DNA of 60,339 nt from Candidatus Kuenenbacteria bacterium (GCA_012797775.1 JAAZOM010000023.1:1-60339); one strand, 5' to 3'. Shown: positions 25,660 to 35,549, counted from the first letter of the stretch. Translations and numbers: made by a program. Notes: generated by a model not told the origin, from the letters alone.

Positions 25660-27582
25660 ATGCCAGCCAACTCTATACTTATCAATAATAAAAATTACTC
25701 ATTCCGACCGGGCCAGACCATCCTAGATGTCTGTTTGGATAATAATATTTTTATCCCCGCTCTCTGCAAACATCCAGATTTGTCTATTCAGGGCAAATGT
25801 CGAGTTTGTTTGGTGGAAATTAAAGGTAGGGGACTAGCCACTTCGTGCTCTACCCCAGCTGAGAATGGCATGGTTATTAATACTAATAGCGAAGAAGTCG
25901 CCAAAGCTAGGCAGACCAACCTAGAGATGATCTATGCCGAGCACATAGAAAAATGTGGCAGCTGTATTCAGGAGCACAATTGCGCCTTGAAAAGATATGC
26001 GGCTCGCTTCGGTTTGAGCCTGACGCGCTTTCATGACAGAAAATCATCAAGTCCTATCTGGCAGCTCGGTGCTTTTTCCTCATCCGAGATCAAAAAAAGG
26101 CGCCAGCTTATTGATAAAAATTTTAAAGGAAAAAAAGAAAAAACTTTTCGGCAAAATCAGCTCGAAACGCAAAGTTCCGGCTTTGTCGAATTTGATAGTA
26201 CCAAATGTATTGATTGCGGTATCTGCACCGAAGTCTGCCGTGACAAGCAGACAGTTGATTTTTATGAAACTGTTGGCAAGGGATACCAGACGCAAACCAA
26301 ACCGACTGATGATGAATCCAAAGATTGTGTTTATTGCGGTCAATGTATTGTCCACTGCCCTGTCGGAGCTATTCAGGGCGTGCCTCATTGGCCAAAAGTG
26401 GAGGAATTATTAAAAAATAAAAAAAAGCATGGTAAATTAATTGTTGGCCAAATTGCCCCTTCCATCCGTGTTAGTATTGGAGAGGAATTTGGTCTACCTT
26501 ATGGCCAAGTAGTCACCGGTCAGTTGTCTGCCAGCCTGAAAAAACTAGGTTTTGATGCCGCCTTTGACGTGACCGTTGGCGCTGATTTTACCACTTACGA
26601 AGAAGCACGCGAATTACTCCATTGGTTGGGAAAAGGCAAACCTCGCCCCATGATTACTTCTTGTTGTCCCGGCTGGGTGAAATTCTGTGAATTTTATTTT
26701 CCTGAATTTGTTTCTCATTTGACCAGCACTCGTTCCCCCGAAATAATTTCCGGCGTTTTGGCCAAAACCCATTGGGCCAAAATAAAGAAAGTAAAACCCG
26801 AGGACATTATCGTCGTTTCTATTATGCCCTGCACAGCCAAAAAGCAGGAAATCGGTCTTTTGCGCCACCGACTGCCAAATGGCCTGCCCGCTGTTGACTA
26901 TATTCTGACTACGCGCGAATACGCCTATCTTTTAAAGCGCAAAAAAATTGATTTTCCAAGTCTTCCATCTCGGCCCATGGACAATCCCTTGGGTGTTTCC
27001 TCGGGCGCTGGTGTTATTTATGGCGCTTCTGGTGGCGTCATGGAGTCAGCTCTACGCACTGCCGAATATTTTCTAAGTCTGAAAAAATCTGGTCGCGAAC
27101 TACAAGAAATAATTCTTGGGACCAAGGGCCAGTGCCGCAATCTCAAAACCCCGCTAAATTCAAAAAGGATTGAATTTAAAGATGTCCGCGGTGATCAGGG
27201 CATCAAAGAAGCAGCCGTAAATCTGGCTGGCACGAAATTAAAAGTCGCCGTGGTCAATGGCCTAGGTAATGCTCGCCGTATTTTAGAATCTATCCGCGAC
27301 AAAAAAGCCAAATACGATTACATTGAAATCATGGCCTGCCCCGGCGGCTGTATTGGCGGAGGCGGCCAGCCAGTACCAGTTTCCGCCGCCATCAGGAAAA
27401 AAAGAGCCGCCGCTCTTTATGAAGTCGACCGCCAATTGCCAGTTCACTCTGCTCACACCAATGAGCTTTTACTCAAAACTTATTGTAGTTATTTTCAGGG
27501 CGATGAAAAATTAATTGAAGAACTCCTGCATTGCCGTTATGAAATTAATCCTCGTTCCGGTTACCAAGTAGCCAAAAGTTAG
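25660..27582 (+). CDS. hydA: [FeFe]-hydrogenase catalytic subunit
   Basis: N-terminal 2Fe-2S ferredoxin-like part, CIDCGICTEVC and CVYCGQCIVHCP clusters, and H-cluster motifs TSCCPGWV, MPCTAKK and ACPGGCIGGGGQP. Confidence 0.85.
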   Translation: MPANSILINNKNYSFRPGQTILDVCLDNNIFIPALCKHPDLSIQGKCRVCLVEIKGRGLATSCSTPAENGMVINTNSEEVAKARQTNLEMIYAEHIEKCGSCIQEHNCALKRYAARFGLSLTRFHDRKSSSPIWQLGAFSSSEIKKRRQLIDKNFKGKKEKTFRQNQLETQSSGFVEFDSTKCIDCGICTEVCRDKQTVDFYETVGKGYQTQTKPTDDESKDCVYCGQCIVHCPVGAIQGVPHWPKVEELLKNKKKHGKLIVGQIAPSIRVSIGEEFGLPYGQVVTGQLSASLKKLGFDAAFDVTVGADFTTYEEARELLHWLGKGKPRPMITSCCPGWVKFCEFYFPEFVSHLTSTRSPEIISGVLAKTHWAKIKKVKPEDIIVVSIMPCTAKKQEIGLLRHRLPNGLPAVDYILTTREYAYLLKRKKIDFPSLPSRPMDNPLGVSSGAGVIYGASGGVMESALRTAEYFLSLKKSGRELQEIILGTKGQCRNLKTPLNSKRIEFKDVRGDQGIKEAAVNLAGTKLKVAVVNGLGNARRILESIRDKKAKYDYIEIMACPGGCIGGGGQPVPVSAAIRKKRAAALYEVDRQLPVHSAHTNELLLKTYCSYFQGDEKLIEELLHCRYEINPRSGYQVAKS

Positions 27583-27593
27583 TCTGGCCATAA

Positions 27594-27618
27594 AGCCCGC
27601 TTTCTAGCGGGTTTTTTT
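27594..27618 (+). terminator. Rho-independent terminator
   Basis: AGCCCGCT-TTCT-AGCGGGTT followed by a T-run. Confidence 0.7.
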
Positions 27619-27678
27619 AAATAGGTCTTTTATGCTAAAATAAATAAGTAAATGATTATCAAATAAATCGTTTGTTTT

Positions 27679-27927
27679 ATGGACAAAAATTTAAAATTGG
27701 AAGTTCTCAAACAGATTTCCGCGCTCGCTTCAGCTGGTTTTGGTCTGGTAGCGGCTTTGGCTTGGAATGAAGCGATTCAAAAATTGTTTGAGGCCATCTT
27801 TGGCAAGCAGTCCAATTTAATTGCTATGTTTGCCTATGCCGTTTTTATTACCATTATCGTCGTAGTGATCTCTATGCAGCTCGGCAAAATGACCAACCGT
27901 CTGACCAAAGACAACGGGCAAAAATAA
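27679..27927 (+). CDS. Small two-helix membrane protein (DUF5654-like)
   Basis: The AAL(A)WNEAIQKLF segment between hydrophobic helices resembles that small-protein family (from memory). Confidence 0.5.
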   Translation: MDKNLKLEVLKQISALASAGFGLVAALAWNEAIQKLFEAIFGKQSNLIAMFAYAVFITIIVVVISMQLGKMTNRLTKDNGQK

Positions 27928-27954
27928 AATTAGCTGTTTTATAATTAACCTGTT

Positions 27955-29115
27955 ATGAAATTAAAAAATTTTTCTGCTCTCAAAAATATTCAGGGCAAGC
28001 GTATTTTGGTGCGTTGTGATTTTGATGTGCCCCTTAAGAATGGGAAAATAATTGACGACAGCCGGCTAAGAGCATGTTTGCCGACAATTAAATTTTTACT
28101 CAAAAAAAGCGCAAAAGTTATTTTAATTGGCCACCTTGGGCGACCGCAGGGTAAATTTTCACCAGAACTAAGTTTGGTGCCAGTGCAAAAACACCTAGAA
28201 AAACTGTTAAAGCAAAAAATTACTTTTATTCCCATCGAGCGTTATGTTGGCGAAGCGGCCAAGAAAAAAGTTAGACAGCTAAAAACTGGCCAGCTCGCCA
28301 TGCTGGAGAATCTGCGTTTCTCTGATCGCGAAGAACTAAATTGCCGTCGTTTTGCCAAGTCATTGGCCGGCTTAGCCGATATTTATATTAATGAAGCTTT
28401 CGCTGTCAGCCATCGTGCGGCCTCCTCCGTCTCCGCCATCAGGGAATATCTGCCGGTCTATTCCGGCTTACACTTGGACGAGGAGATTGAAAAATTATCC
28501 ATTACTCTTAAAAAACCAACTCATCCTCTAACTTTGATTATTGGCGGGGCCAAGATTGAGACCAAATTGCCAGTAATCAAACAATTTATTGATAAGGCTG
28601 AGCATATTCTGATCGGCGGCGCTGTGGCTAATGATTTTTTCAAAGGGCTTGGCTATGAAGTCGGCACTTCTCTTATTGACGAAGAATATATCAAAGATGC
28701 CAACACTATTCTGGAAAAAATTGCTCATTCCCAAACAAAATTGATCCTGCCGCTAGATATTAAAGTCGCCAATGGTAAAAAGGCAATCACGAGAGAGCCA
28801 CACGCTGTTTTGTCTGATGAAATGATTTTAGACATTGGTCCGAAGACCACCAAACTTTATCAAGATATTATTCGCCAATCCAAAATGATTATCTGGAATG
28901 GGCCTATGGGCAAATTTGAAGATCCGCGATTTGCCTCAGGCACCAGGCTGATTACCGAGGGTGTTTTAAAATCGAACGCCAAATCTCTGATTGGTGGCGG
29001 CGAAACTGGAGAGATTTTCAAAAATAAAAAATTACCACAGCATATTTTTATTTCAGTCGGCGGCGGCGCCATGCTCGATTTTTTGGCCGGCAAAAAATTA
29101 CCCGGTTTAAATTAA
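27955..29115 (+). CDS. pgk: Phosphoglycerate kinase
   Basis: RCDFDVPL N-terminal motif, IIGGAKIETKL, and a C-terminal GGGA/GGGE nucleotide site. Confidence 0.9.
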   Translation: MKLKNFSALKNIQGKRILVRCDFDVPLKNGKIIDDSRLRACLPTIKFLLKKSAKVILIGHLGRPQGKFSPELSLVPVQKHLEKLLKQKITFIPIERYVGEAAKKKVRQLKTGQLAMLENLRFSDREELNCRRFAKSLAGLADIYINEAFAVSHRAASSVSAIREYLPVYSGLHLDEEIEKLSITLKKPTHPLTLIIGGAKIETKLPVIKQFIDKAEHILIGGAVANDFFKGLGYEVGTSLIDEEYIKDANTILEKIAHSQTKLILPLDIKVANGKKAITREPHAVLSDEMILDIGPKTTKLYQDIIRQSKMIIWNGPMGKFEDPRFASGTRLITEGVLKSNAKSLIGGGETGEIFKNKKLPQHIFISVGGGAMLDFLAGKKLPGLN

Positions 29116-29120
29116 ATATT

Positions 29121-30449
29121 ATGGATTCTCAAATTAAGAAAATATTAGCTCGGGAAATTTTGGATTCCCGTGGCGATCCCACCATTGAAGTATCTGTTAC
29201 TTTGGAAAATGGCCTTACTCGCGTTGCCTCTGTACCATCTGGCGCTTCGACTGGCATTCACGAGGCAGTGGAATTGCGCGATGGTGACAAAAAGCGTTAC
29301 GGTGGCAAAGGTGTCCTCCGAGCTGTCAAAAATGTCAACGAAAAAATCAATAAATTTCTGACTGGCTTTGACGTGCTCGACCAAGAGAAGATTGATCAGA
29401 AAATGATTGATATGGACGGCAGTGCCAATAAAGAAAATCTGGGTGCTAATGCCATGCTTGGAGTCTCCCTCTCCATAGCCAGAACCGCCGCCACTTTCAA
29501 AAATATTCCTCTTTATCAATATTTGCGCCATGTTTTCAATCTTAAAAATCGGCCTAGCTTGCCCATCCCACTGTTTAATGTCTTTAATGGTGGCAAACAT
29601 GCCGATACCAATTTAGACTTTCAGGAGTTTCATATTATCCCCATAATGAATACCAGCTTCAAAGAGCGCTTGCGCAGCGGTTCGGAAATTTTTCATGCTA
29701 TGGCGGCCGTTTTGAAAAATTACGGGCTAGATATAGATGTGGGCAACGAGGGTGGTTATGCTCCAAACATTGATTCTTCGGTCAAGGCGGTTGAATATAT
29801 TATGGAGAGTATTGATCAGGCCGGCTACAAAGCTGGTAAAGAAGTAGTTTTGGGCATGGATGCCGGCGCCTCGAGTTTTTACCTGCCCAAAGAACGTCTT
29901 TATAACTTTAGTTTGGATGAGTCATTTCTAGAATCCGACCAGCTTATTTATCTTTACCATGAGTGGTTTAAAAAATACCCATTTATTTTAATTGAGGACC
30001 CATTGGCCGAAGACGACTGGCACGCTTGGCAAAAAATGACCAAGGAATTCTCGGGATTAAAGCTCACCATACATAACTACCGCCTTGATGACAAAAAATT
30101 TATCAAATTACATGAAAAAAATCTTCGCCCGATCATTGTTGGTGATGATTTATTTACTACCAATACTGGGCGTCTTGGGGAGGGGATAAAGCTAGGCGTG
30201 GCCAATGCCGTGATCGTCAAACCCAATCAAATCGGCACCCTAACTGAAACAATTAAGTTTGCTCGTTTGGCCCAAAACAACGATTATCAGCTGGTAGTTT
30301 CTCATCGTTCCGGAGAGACATTTGATGATTTTATAGCTGATTTATCTGTGGCCCTCGGCGCCGAATTTATAAAGGCGGGCGCTCCTTCGCGAGGCGAGCG
30401 TGTTACCAAATACAACCGTTTATTAAAGATTGAAGAAGAACTAACCTAG
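29121..30449 (+). CDS. eno: Enolase
   Basis: SHRSGET, GDDLFTTN, IVKPNQIGTLTE and EILDSRG. Confidence 0.92.
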   Translation: MDSQIKKILAREILDSRGDPTIEVSVTLENGLTRVASVPSGASTGIHEAVELRDGDKKRYGGKGVLRAVKNVNEKINKFLTGFDVLDQEKIDQKMIDMDGSANKENLGANAMLGVSLSIARTAATFKNIPLYQYLRHVFNLKNRPSLPIPLFNVFNGGKHADTNLDFQEFHIIPIMNTSFKERLRSGSEIFHAMAAVLKNYGLDIDVGNEGGYAPNIDSSVKAVEYIMESIDQAGYKAGKEVVLGMDAGASSFYLPKERLYNFSLDESFLESDQLIYLYHEWFKKYPFILIEDPLAEDDWHAWQKMTKEFSGLKLTIHNYRLDDKKFIKLHEKNLRPIIVGDDLFTTNTGRLGEGIKLGVANAVIVKPNQIGTLTETIKFARLAQNNDYQLVVSHRSGETFDDFIADLSVALGAEFIKAGAPSRGERVTKYNRLLKIEEELT

Positions 30450-30452
30450 TTT

Positions 30453-32039
30453 ATGGCTTCAAAAATTATCAAAAACCAATATTTTCCAGCCGCCCTCGTT
30501 ATCCTTGATGGTTATGGCTTGGCGCCCTCTGGCGCAGGCAACGCTGTCCGGCTGGCGAATACGCCTTTTTTGAATAAAATATTTTCCAGTTATCCCTACA
30601 CAGAATTGCGCGCTGCCGGCGAGTCGGTCGGTTTATTCCCCGGCGCCACTGGCAATTCTGAAGCTGGACACTTGAATTTGGGAGCCGGTCGAGTTGTCTG
30701 GCAGGACTTAGTTTCTATTTCTCATTCTATCGAAGATGGTACTTTTTTCAAAAACGCCGCTTTTCTTGAAGCTATCAAACACACAAAAAAAAATAGATCC
30801 AACCTGCACATTATGGGTCTCTTGACCGGCAAGAATTCCGCCCATGCCTACCCCGATCACCTAGATGCGCTTATTCGACTGACTCGTGAGCAGGGGGTTA
30901 AAAAAGTTTATTTTCATCTTTTTACTGACGGCCGCGACGCTGATAAATATGAAAGCTACAATTTACTGAAAAATATTTTGGCCAAATTAGATTCTAGTAA
31001 AGAATTAGTAGCCACCATAATGGGTCGTTTTTATGGTATGGACAGAAAAAAGGAATGGAAGAGGACAGAGTTGGCCTACAACTGCCTGATTGATGGTGGA
31101 GCTCGCCAGTGTGAAGGGCCACTTCGTGCCATTGAAGAGGCTTATTCCCGGGGAGAATCAGACGAATTTATCAGCCCAACTATTATCACCCAAAAAGGCA
31201 GACCGCTGCCAAGGATAGACGACAATGATTCGGTAATATTTTTTAATGCTCGCTCGGACCGCGCGCGCCAGCTGACAAAGGCATTTGCCCAAAAAAAATT
31301 TAATGATGATAATCTTGGCTCTTTTAAGCGCAAAAAGGTTATTAAAAATCTTATTTTTATTGCCATGACGGACTTTGGGCCTGATTTGCCTGGTATCTTG
31401 ACCGCCTTTCCTTCACCCGATGTCAAAAATACACTACCGATGACCTTAAGGCATCTGCGCCAGCTCTATATCGCCGAAACTGACAAATATGGGCATATGA
31501 CATATTTTTTTAACGGCGGTTATGCCTCTCCAGTCGGCGGCGAGAATAGGATATTGATTAATTCTCCAGCCGTGGATTCTTATGACCAGACACCAGAGAT
31601 GTCTGTCGGCGAAATTACCAGTGTAGTTATAAAAAGTGTGGAGAAAAAGATTTATGATTTTTTTGGTATAAATTTTGCCAATCCCGATATGCTTGGCCAC
31701 ACCGGCAATCTGAGCGCCACTATCAAGGGCATTGAATTTATGGACAAATGTGTTAAAAAAATAACAGAGACTCTGGTTTATAAAAACAACGGTCTGTTGT
31801 TTTTGGTGGCTGACCATGGTAACGCCGAAGAAATGATTGATATCAAAACCGGCAAGGTTGATACCAAACATTCTGTCAATCCAGTGCCGTTTTGTATTGT
31901 CGGGCCCAAGAAGAGAATCAGTTTTATCAAAAAATTAAGGCCCGGCGGCGCCCTATCAGATGTCGCTCCGACTATTCTTTTCTTATTAAAGCAAGACAAG
32001 CCAGGTGATATGACTGGCAAAAATTTAGTAGTTTCTTGA
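30453..32039 (+). CDS. gpmI: 2,3-bisphosphoglycerate-independent phosphoglycerate mutase
   Basis: ILDGYG N-terminus, SEAGHLNLGAGR and the ADHGNAEEM metal site. Confidence 0.9.
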   Translation: MASKIIKNQYFPAALVILDGYGLAPSGAGNAVRLANTPFLNKIFSSYPYTELRAAGESVGLFPGATGNSEAGHLNLGAGRVVWQDLVSISHSIEDGTFFKNAAFLEAIKHTKKNRSNLHIMGLLTGKNSAHAYPDHLDALIRLTREQGVKKVYFHLFTDGRDADKYESYNLLKNILAKLDSSKELVATIMGRFYGMDRKKEWKRTELAYNCLIDGGARQCEGPLRAIEEAYSRGESDEFISPTIITQKGRPLPRIDDNDSVIFFNARSDRARQLTKAFAQKKFNDDNLGSFKRKKVIKNLIFIAMTDFGPDLPGILTAFPSPDVKNTLPMTLRHLRQLYIAETDKYGHMTYFFNGGYASPVGGENRILINSPAVDSYDQTPEMSVGEITSVVIKSVEKKIYDFFGINFANPDMLGHTGNLSATIKGIEFMDKCVKKITETLVYKNNGLLFLVADHGNAEEMIDIKTGKVDTKHSVNPVPFCIVGPKKRISFIKKLRPGGALSDVAPTILFLLKQDKPGDMTGKNLVVS

Positions 32040-32042
32040 TTT

Positions 32043-33116
32043 ATGAATATCGTTATCTTCGCTGGCGGGATTGGTACGCGCCTCTGGCCTCTTTCTCGGG
32101 CCAATTCTCCAAAACAATTCGATGCTATCTGGGGTGGTAAATCGACCCTGCGTCTGGCAGTGGAGCGCCTACGGCCGACTTTTTCGTGGCAAAATATTTT
32201 TATTCAAACTGTCTCGAATTTCCGCTCGGCCGTTGCCGCGCAGATACCCGAATTGCCAGCCAAAAATATTTTTATCGAGCCTGACAGGAGAAATGTCGGT
32301 CCAGCGGTTTGTCTCGCTATGTCTCGGCTCCGGCAGTTGGGACAAAATGGACCAGTCGCCATTGTCTGGGCTGATCATTTGGTAAAAAACCCAAACGAGT
32401 TTATAAAAAATTTAAAAATAGGGGAAAAACTTATTTTAGAACAACCCAATCGTTTTGTCTTTCTGGCCGAGAAGCCGCGCTTTGCCAATAACAATCTTGG
32501 CTGGTTAAGGGCCGGCAAAAAAATGGGTCAGCTTTCCGGGGTCAATTATTTTAGTTTTTTGGGCTGGCAATATCGGCCTGACCAAAAAACCTGTGACCAA
32601 TTTTTCCGCTCCAGCGATTATTATTGGAATCCCGGCTATTTTATCAGTTCAGTAGATTTTATCTTGTCAGAATATCAGAAATTGGCTCCTAAGATTTATT
32701 CCCCAGTTCAAAAAACCCTCTCCGCCAAGAACGTTAGGCAGGTCTTTGAATTTTACAGCCAGGCGCCCAAGATTTCTTTTGATAATTGTTTGATAGAAAA
32801 AACAGATTTGCGTGACGCCATCGTGCTGAAAACCGATATGGGCTGGAGCGACCCCGGCACTCTTTATGCGCTCAAAGAAGCCCTGCAAAAAAAGACCACC
32901 GACAATGTTATTTCCGGGGCTGTTTTCAATCTTAACACCGAGGATTCCCTAGTGTACAACCTAGAAAAAGGCAAGCTTGTTGCCACCGTTGGTCTCCATG
33001 GTATGGTGGTTGTCAATACCAAAGATGCTGTTATCGTTGTCCCCAAGGATAAAGTAAAAGAAGTGACCGAACTGGTCGAGGCCCTGAGCCGCGACGGCTA
33101 CAAAAAATATCTTTAA
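32043..33116 (+). CDS. Sugar-1-phosphate (mannose-1-phosphate-type) guanylyl/nucleotidyltransferase
   Basis: IFAGGIGTRLWPLSR nucleotidyltransferase loop. At 357 aa it lacks an isomerase domain. Confidence 0.75.
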   Translation: MNIVIFAGGIGTRLWPLSRANSPKQFDAIWGGKSTLRLAVERLRPTFSWQNIFIQTVSNFRSAVAAQIPELPAKNIFIEPDRRNVGPAVCLAMSRLRQLGQNGPVAIVWADHLVKNPNEFIKNLKIGEKLILEQPNRFVFLAEKPRFANNNLGWLRAGKKMGQLSGVNYFSFLGWQYRPDQKTCDQFFRSSDYYWNPGYFISSVDFILSEYQKLAPKIYSPVQKTLSAKNVRQVFEFYSQAPKISFDNCLIEKTDLRDAIVLKTDMGWSDPGTLYALKEALQKKTTDNVISGAVFNLNTEDSLVYNLEKGKLVATVGLHGMVVVNTKDAVIVVPKDKVKEVTELVEALSRDGYKKYL

Positions 33117-33122
33117 ATTTTT

Positions 33123-34136
33123 ATGAAAAAAATCATTTTTTATTTTATTATTTTCGTTATCATCGCTGGTTTATTTTTGAGTGGCTGGTTTATTTTTGAA
33201 ATATTAAATCCCACCAAAGCTGAATCAACCTCTGTTTTTGTTATCCAGCCGGGGGATGGGGTCAATCAGATCAGCTACAATCTAAAAAAACAGGGTGTTA
33301 TAGACAATTCTTTTGTTTTTGAGACCTATGCTTATCTCAAAGACATTGAGGGCGGTTTTCTGGCCGGGGAATATTCTTTACCTTCCATCATCAACATCAA
33401 AAGGTTAGTCGATATTTTGACTACTGGTGAGGCAGTCAATGATTGGGAGCTAAAGGTGATTGAGGGCTACACTATTAAAGATATTGACGAGACTCTTTCC
33501 TCTCTCGGCAAATTTAAAAGTGGTGATCTTATTTTGGCAGTGAAAAATATCAACCAAGACTTTCTTTCCACTTATGGTTTTTTGTCAGACAAACCACCAG
33601 CGGCTAGCCTAGAGGGTTTTCTCTTCCCAGATACCTATCGTTTTTTTAATTATGCCACCCTGGAAGATGTTATTAGAAAATTACTCAATAATTTTGACAA
33701 AAAATTGAGTGAAGAATTACGCACCGAGATAAAAAATCAAGAAAGAAGCGTTTTTGAGGTTATCACCATGGCCTCGATCATTGAAAGGGAAGTTGCTACC
33801 GAGAATGATCGCCCCATTGTCGCTGGTATATTTTGGAAAAGGTTGGAATCTGGCATGCCCCTGCAAGCTGACTCCACAGTCAACTATATAACTGGCAAAA
33901 ATACGCCCGCTGTTTCCGGAGTAGATCTAAAAATTGATTCTCCTTACAATACCTATCTCTATCCCAGCCTGCCACCCGGGCCGATTTGCAATCCCGGGCT
34001 TTCGGCTATCAAAGCCGCTATTTATCCCGAGGAATCAGAATATTGGTTTTTTCTTACAGACAAAAATGGCAACGTCCACTATGCCAAAGATTTTGAGGAG
34101 CACAAGGCCAACAAAGCCAAATATTTATCCGACTAA
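33123..34136 (+). CDS. mltG: Endolytic murein transglycosylase MltG (YceG family)
   Basis: Single N-terminal TM, the ASIIEREV catalytic motif, and LPPGPICNPG. Confidence 0.85.
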   Translation: MKKIIFYFIIFVIIAGLFLSGWFIFEILNPTKAESTSVFVIQPGDGVNQISYNLKKQGVIDNSFVFETYAYLKDIEGGFLAGEYSLPSIINIKRLVDILTTGEAVNDWELKVIEGYTIKDIDETLSSLGKFKSGDLILAVKNINQDFLSTYGFLSDKPPAASLEGFLFPDTYRFFNYATLEDVIRKLLNNFDKKLSEELRTEIKNQERSVFEVITMASIIEREVATENDRPIVAGIFWKRLESGMPLQADSTVNYITGKNTPAVSGVDLKIDSPYNTYLYPSLPPGPICNPGLSAIKAAIYPEESEYWFFLTDKNGNVHYAKDFEEHKANKAKYLSD

Positions 34137-34181
34137 TTATCCGCTTGACGGCAGAAAGGCATTATAGTATTTTATATTCAT

Positions 34182-34293
34182 GTCCCCTTAAGCAGTAAGC
34201 GGCCAATCGCCGCTTTCTCCGCAAGGAGCGTTTTAACGGGCTGCCCCCAAGCCGTTCTGTTATCAAAAAGAACCGCTTAGGGGCTCTTTTTTA
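34182..34293 (+). ncRNA. Candidate structured small RNA (about 100 nt, four-helix fold) ending in a U-tract
   Basis: P1 pairs CCCCTTAAGC (34184-93) with GCTTAGGGG (34275-83). Hairpins are AGCGGC-CAATC-GCCGCT, CTCC-GCAA-GGAG and AACGG...CCGTT, then CTCTTTTTT. Confidence 0.35.
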
Positions 34294-34294
34294 T

Positions 34295-34323
34295 TTGACA
34301 AGTTTTTCAGCTTTTGCTATAGT
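34295..34323 (+). promoter_or_regulatory. Consensus sigma70 promoter of rplJL (TTGACA-17-TATAGT with an upstream TGC)
   Basis: TTGACA 34295-34300, a 17-nt spacer ending in TGC, TATAGT 34318-34323. Confidence 0.65.
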
Positions 34324-34329
34324 ATTTTT

Positions 34330-34448
34330 AACAATCAATTTTGCCATAGACAGCAGGCACCGGCCTATTAGGCCCCTAAGTCCTGCCGAGGTAAATATCT
34401 AGCCGATTTCGGTCTATATTTTACTCTGTGGCAAAACCACAGTTTTTT
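34330..34448 (+). promoter_or_regulatory. L10 (rplJ) leader with an attenuator hairpin
   Basis: Structured 5' UTR (GCAGG/CCTGC and GGCC-TATTA-GGCC helices) ending in CTGTGG-CAAAA-CCACAG followed by TTTTTT at 34426-34448, just before rplJ. Confidence 0.5.
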
Positions 34449-34468
34449 AATTAAATAAATAATAAAAT

Positions 34469-34990
34469 ATGCCCAAATCAAGACAGCAAAAAGAAACAGT
34501 TTTGAATAATTTGGTCGCCAATTTGAAAAACGCCAAAGGCGTAGCTCTGGCCGCTTTTTCTGGCCTCAAGGTTCAATCTGACCGGGCTTTTCGTGCCAAG
34601 CTTTATCAGGAAGGTATAGAATATTCAGTAGTCAAGAAAACTTTACTCAAAAAAGCCTTTGATGAATTGCAGTATCCGGGTAACGAGATTGATAGCCTTA
34701 AGGGTAATATCTCTATTGCTATTTCTGGCCAAGACGAGGTGTCTCCAGCCAAGTCCCTAGACGCTTTTGCGAAGGACAATGAAACAATGAAGATGGTTGG
34801 TGGTATTTTGGAGAATAAGTGGATCAGTGCTGAAAAAGTAAAATCATTAGCCAAGTTACCCAGCCGCGATCAGCTGATCGCACAGACTGTCGGCACCATC
34901 AAGGCCCCAATTTCTGGCTTTGTGAATACCCTCGCCGGCAACTTGAGAGGACTGGTGAATGTTTTGAAGGCTGTCCAGGAAAAGAAATAA
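34469..34990 (+). CDS. rplJ: Ribosomal protein uL10
   Basis: Its length, its position upstream of rplL, and a typical N-terminal KxxxV..L sequence. Confidence 0.9.
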   Translation: MPKSRQQKETVLNNLVANLKNAKGVALAAFSGLKVQSDRAFRAKLYQEGIEYSVVKKTLLKKAFDELQYPGNEIDSLKGNISIAISGQDEVSPAKSLDAFAKDNETMKMVGGILENKWISAEKVKSLAKLPSRDQLIAQTVGTIKAPISGFVNTLAGNLRGLVNVLKAVQEKK

Positions 34991-35078
34991 ATAATTATAT
35001 TTAGAAAATATTTTTATAAATTAATCATTAAATACGCAAACAGGTATTTATCCCGATTGCGTTAAAGAAAGGCAATAT

Positions 35079-35492
35079 ATGTCTGATGAACAAAAAACCG
35101 CTGTTGAGGTTCCCGAGAAATTCAAATCAATAGTGGAGACCATTGAAAAAATGTCTGTCTTGGATCTATCCGAATTGGTGAAAATCCTCGAAGACAAATT
35201 CGGCGTCTCGGCTGCCGCCCCCATGATGATGGGTGCTATGCCAGCTGCGGCTGGTGCGGCTGGTGCTCCTGCCGAAGAAAAAAGCGAATTTGATGTAGAG
35301 CTGACTGCCGCCGGTGAAAACAAAATCGGCGTCATCAAGGTTCTCCGCGAAGTCACTGGCAAGGGCCTGAAAGAAGCCAAGGATATGACCGAGGCTGGTC
35401 CAGTCGTAGTCAAGGCTGGCGCCAAGAAAGAGGAAGCTGAAGAGATCAAAAAGAAACTAGAAGAAGCCGGTGCCAAGGTGACTCTGAAATAA
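35079..35492 (+). CDS. rplL: Ribosomal protein bL12 (L7/L12)
   Basis: Ala/Met/Gly hinge and the C-terminal domain [21 protein letters not shown]. Confidence 0.92.
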   Translation: MSDEQKTAVEVPEKFKSIVETIEKMSVLDLSELVKILEDKFGVSAAAPMMMGAMPAAAGAAGAPAEEKSEFDVELTAAGENKIGVIKVLREVTGKGLKEAKDMTEAGPVVVKAGAKKEEAEEIKKKLEEAGAKVTLK

Positions 35493-35507
35493 TCCACACC
35501 AATAAAA

Positions 35508-35537
35508 AACACCCCTCTTGTATTCGGGGTGTTTTTT
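35508..35537. terminator. Bidirectional terminator
   Basis: AACACCCC-TCTTGTATTC-GGGGTGTT flanked by A- and T-runs. Confidence 0.7.
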
Positions 35538-35549
35538 GTTATTTTGTGT

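Noticed and set aside
30055-30130. Extra roughly 22-aa segment in enolase (LKLTIHNYRLDDKKFIKLHEKN), and extra segments in HydA (about 26040-26170), considered as further repeat-element insertions
   Set aside because: I found no heptamer periodicity, GC hairpin core or shared words with the spacer elements. These are most simply lineage-specific loops, and the comparison with reference enzymes is from memory only.
34182-34293. Interpretation of the structured region as SRP (4.5S) RNA or as a tRNA
   Set aside because: I could not find the conserved helix-8 features as I recall them (a GGAA-type tetraloop with flanking AGCA/symmetric-loop residues). There is also no T-loop or D-loop signature. 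It is kept only as an unclassified candidate RNA.
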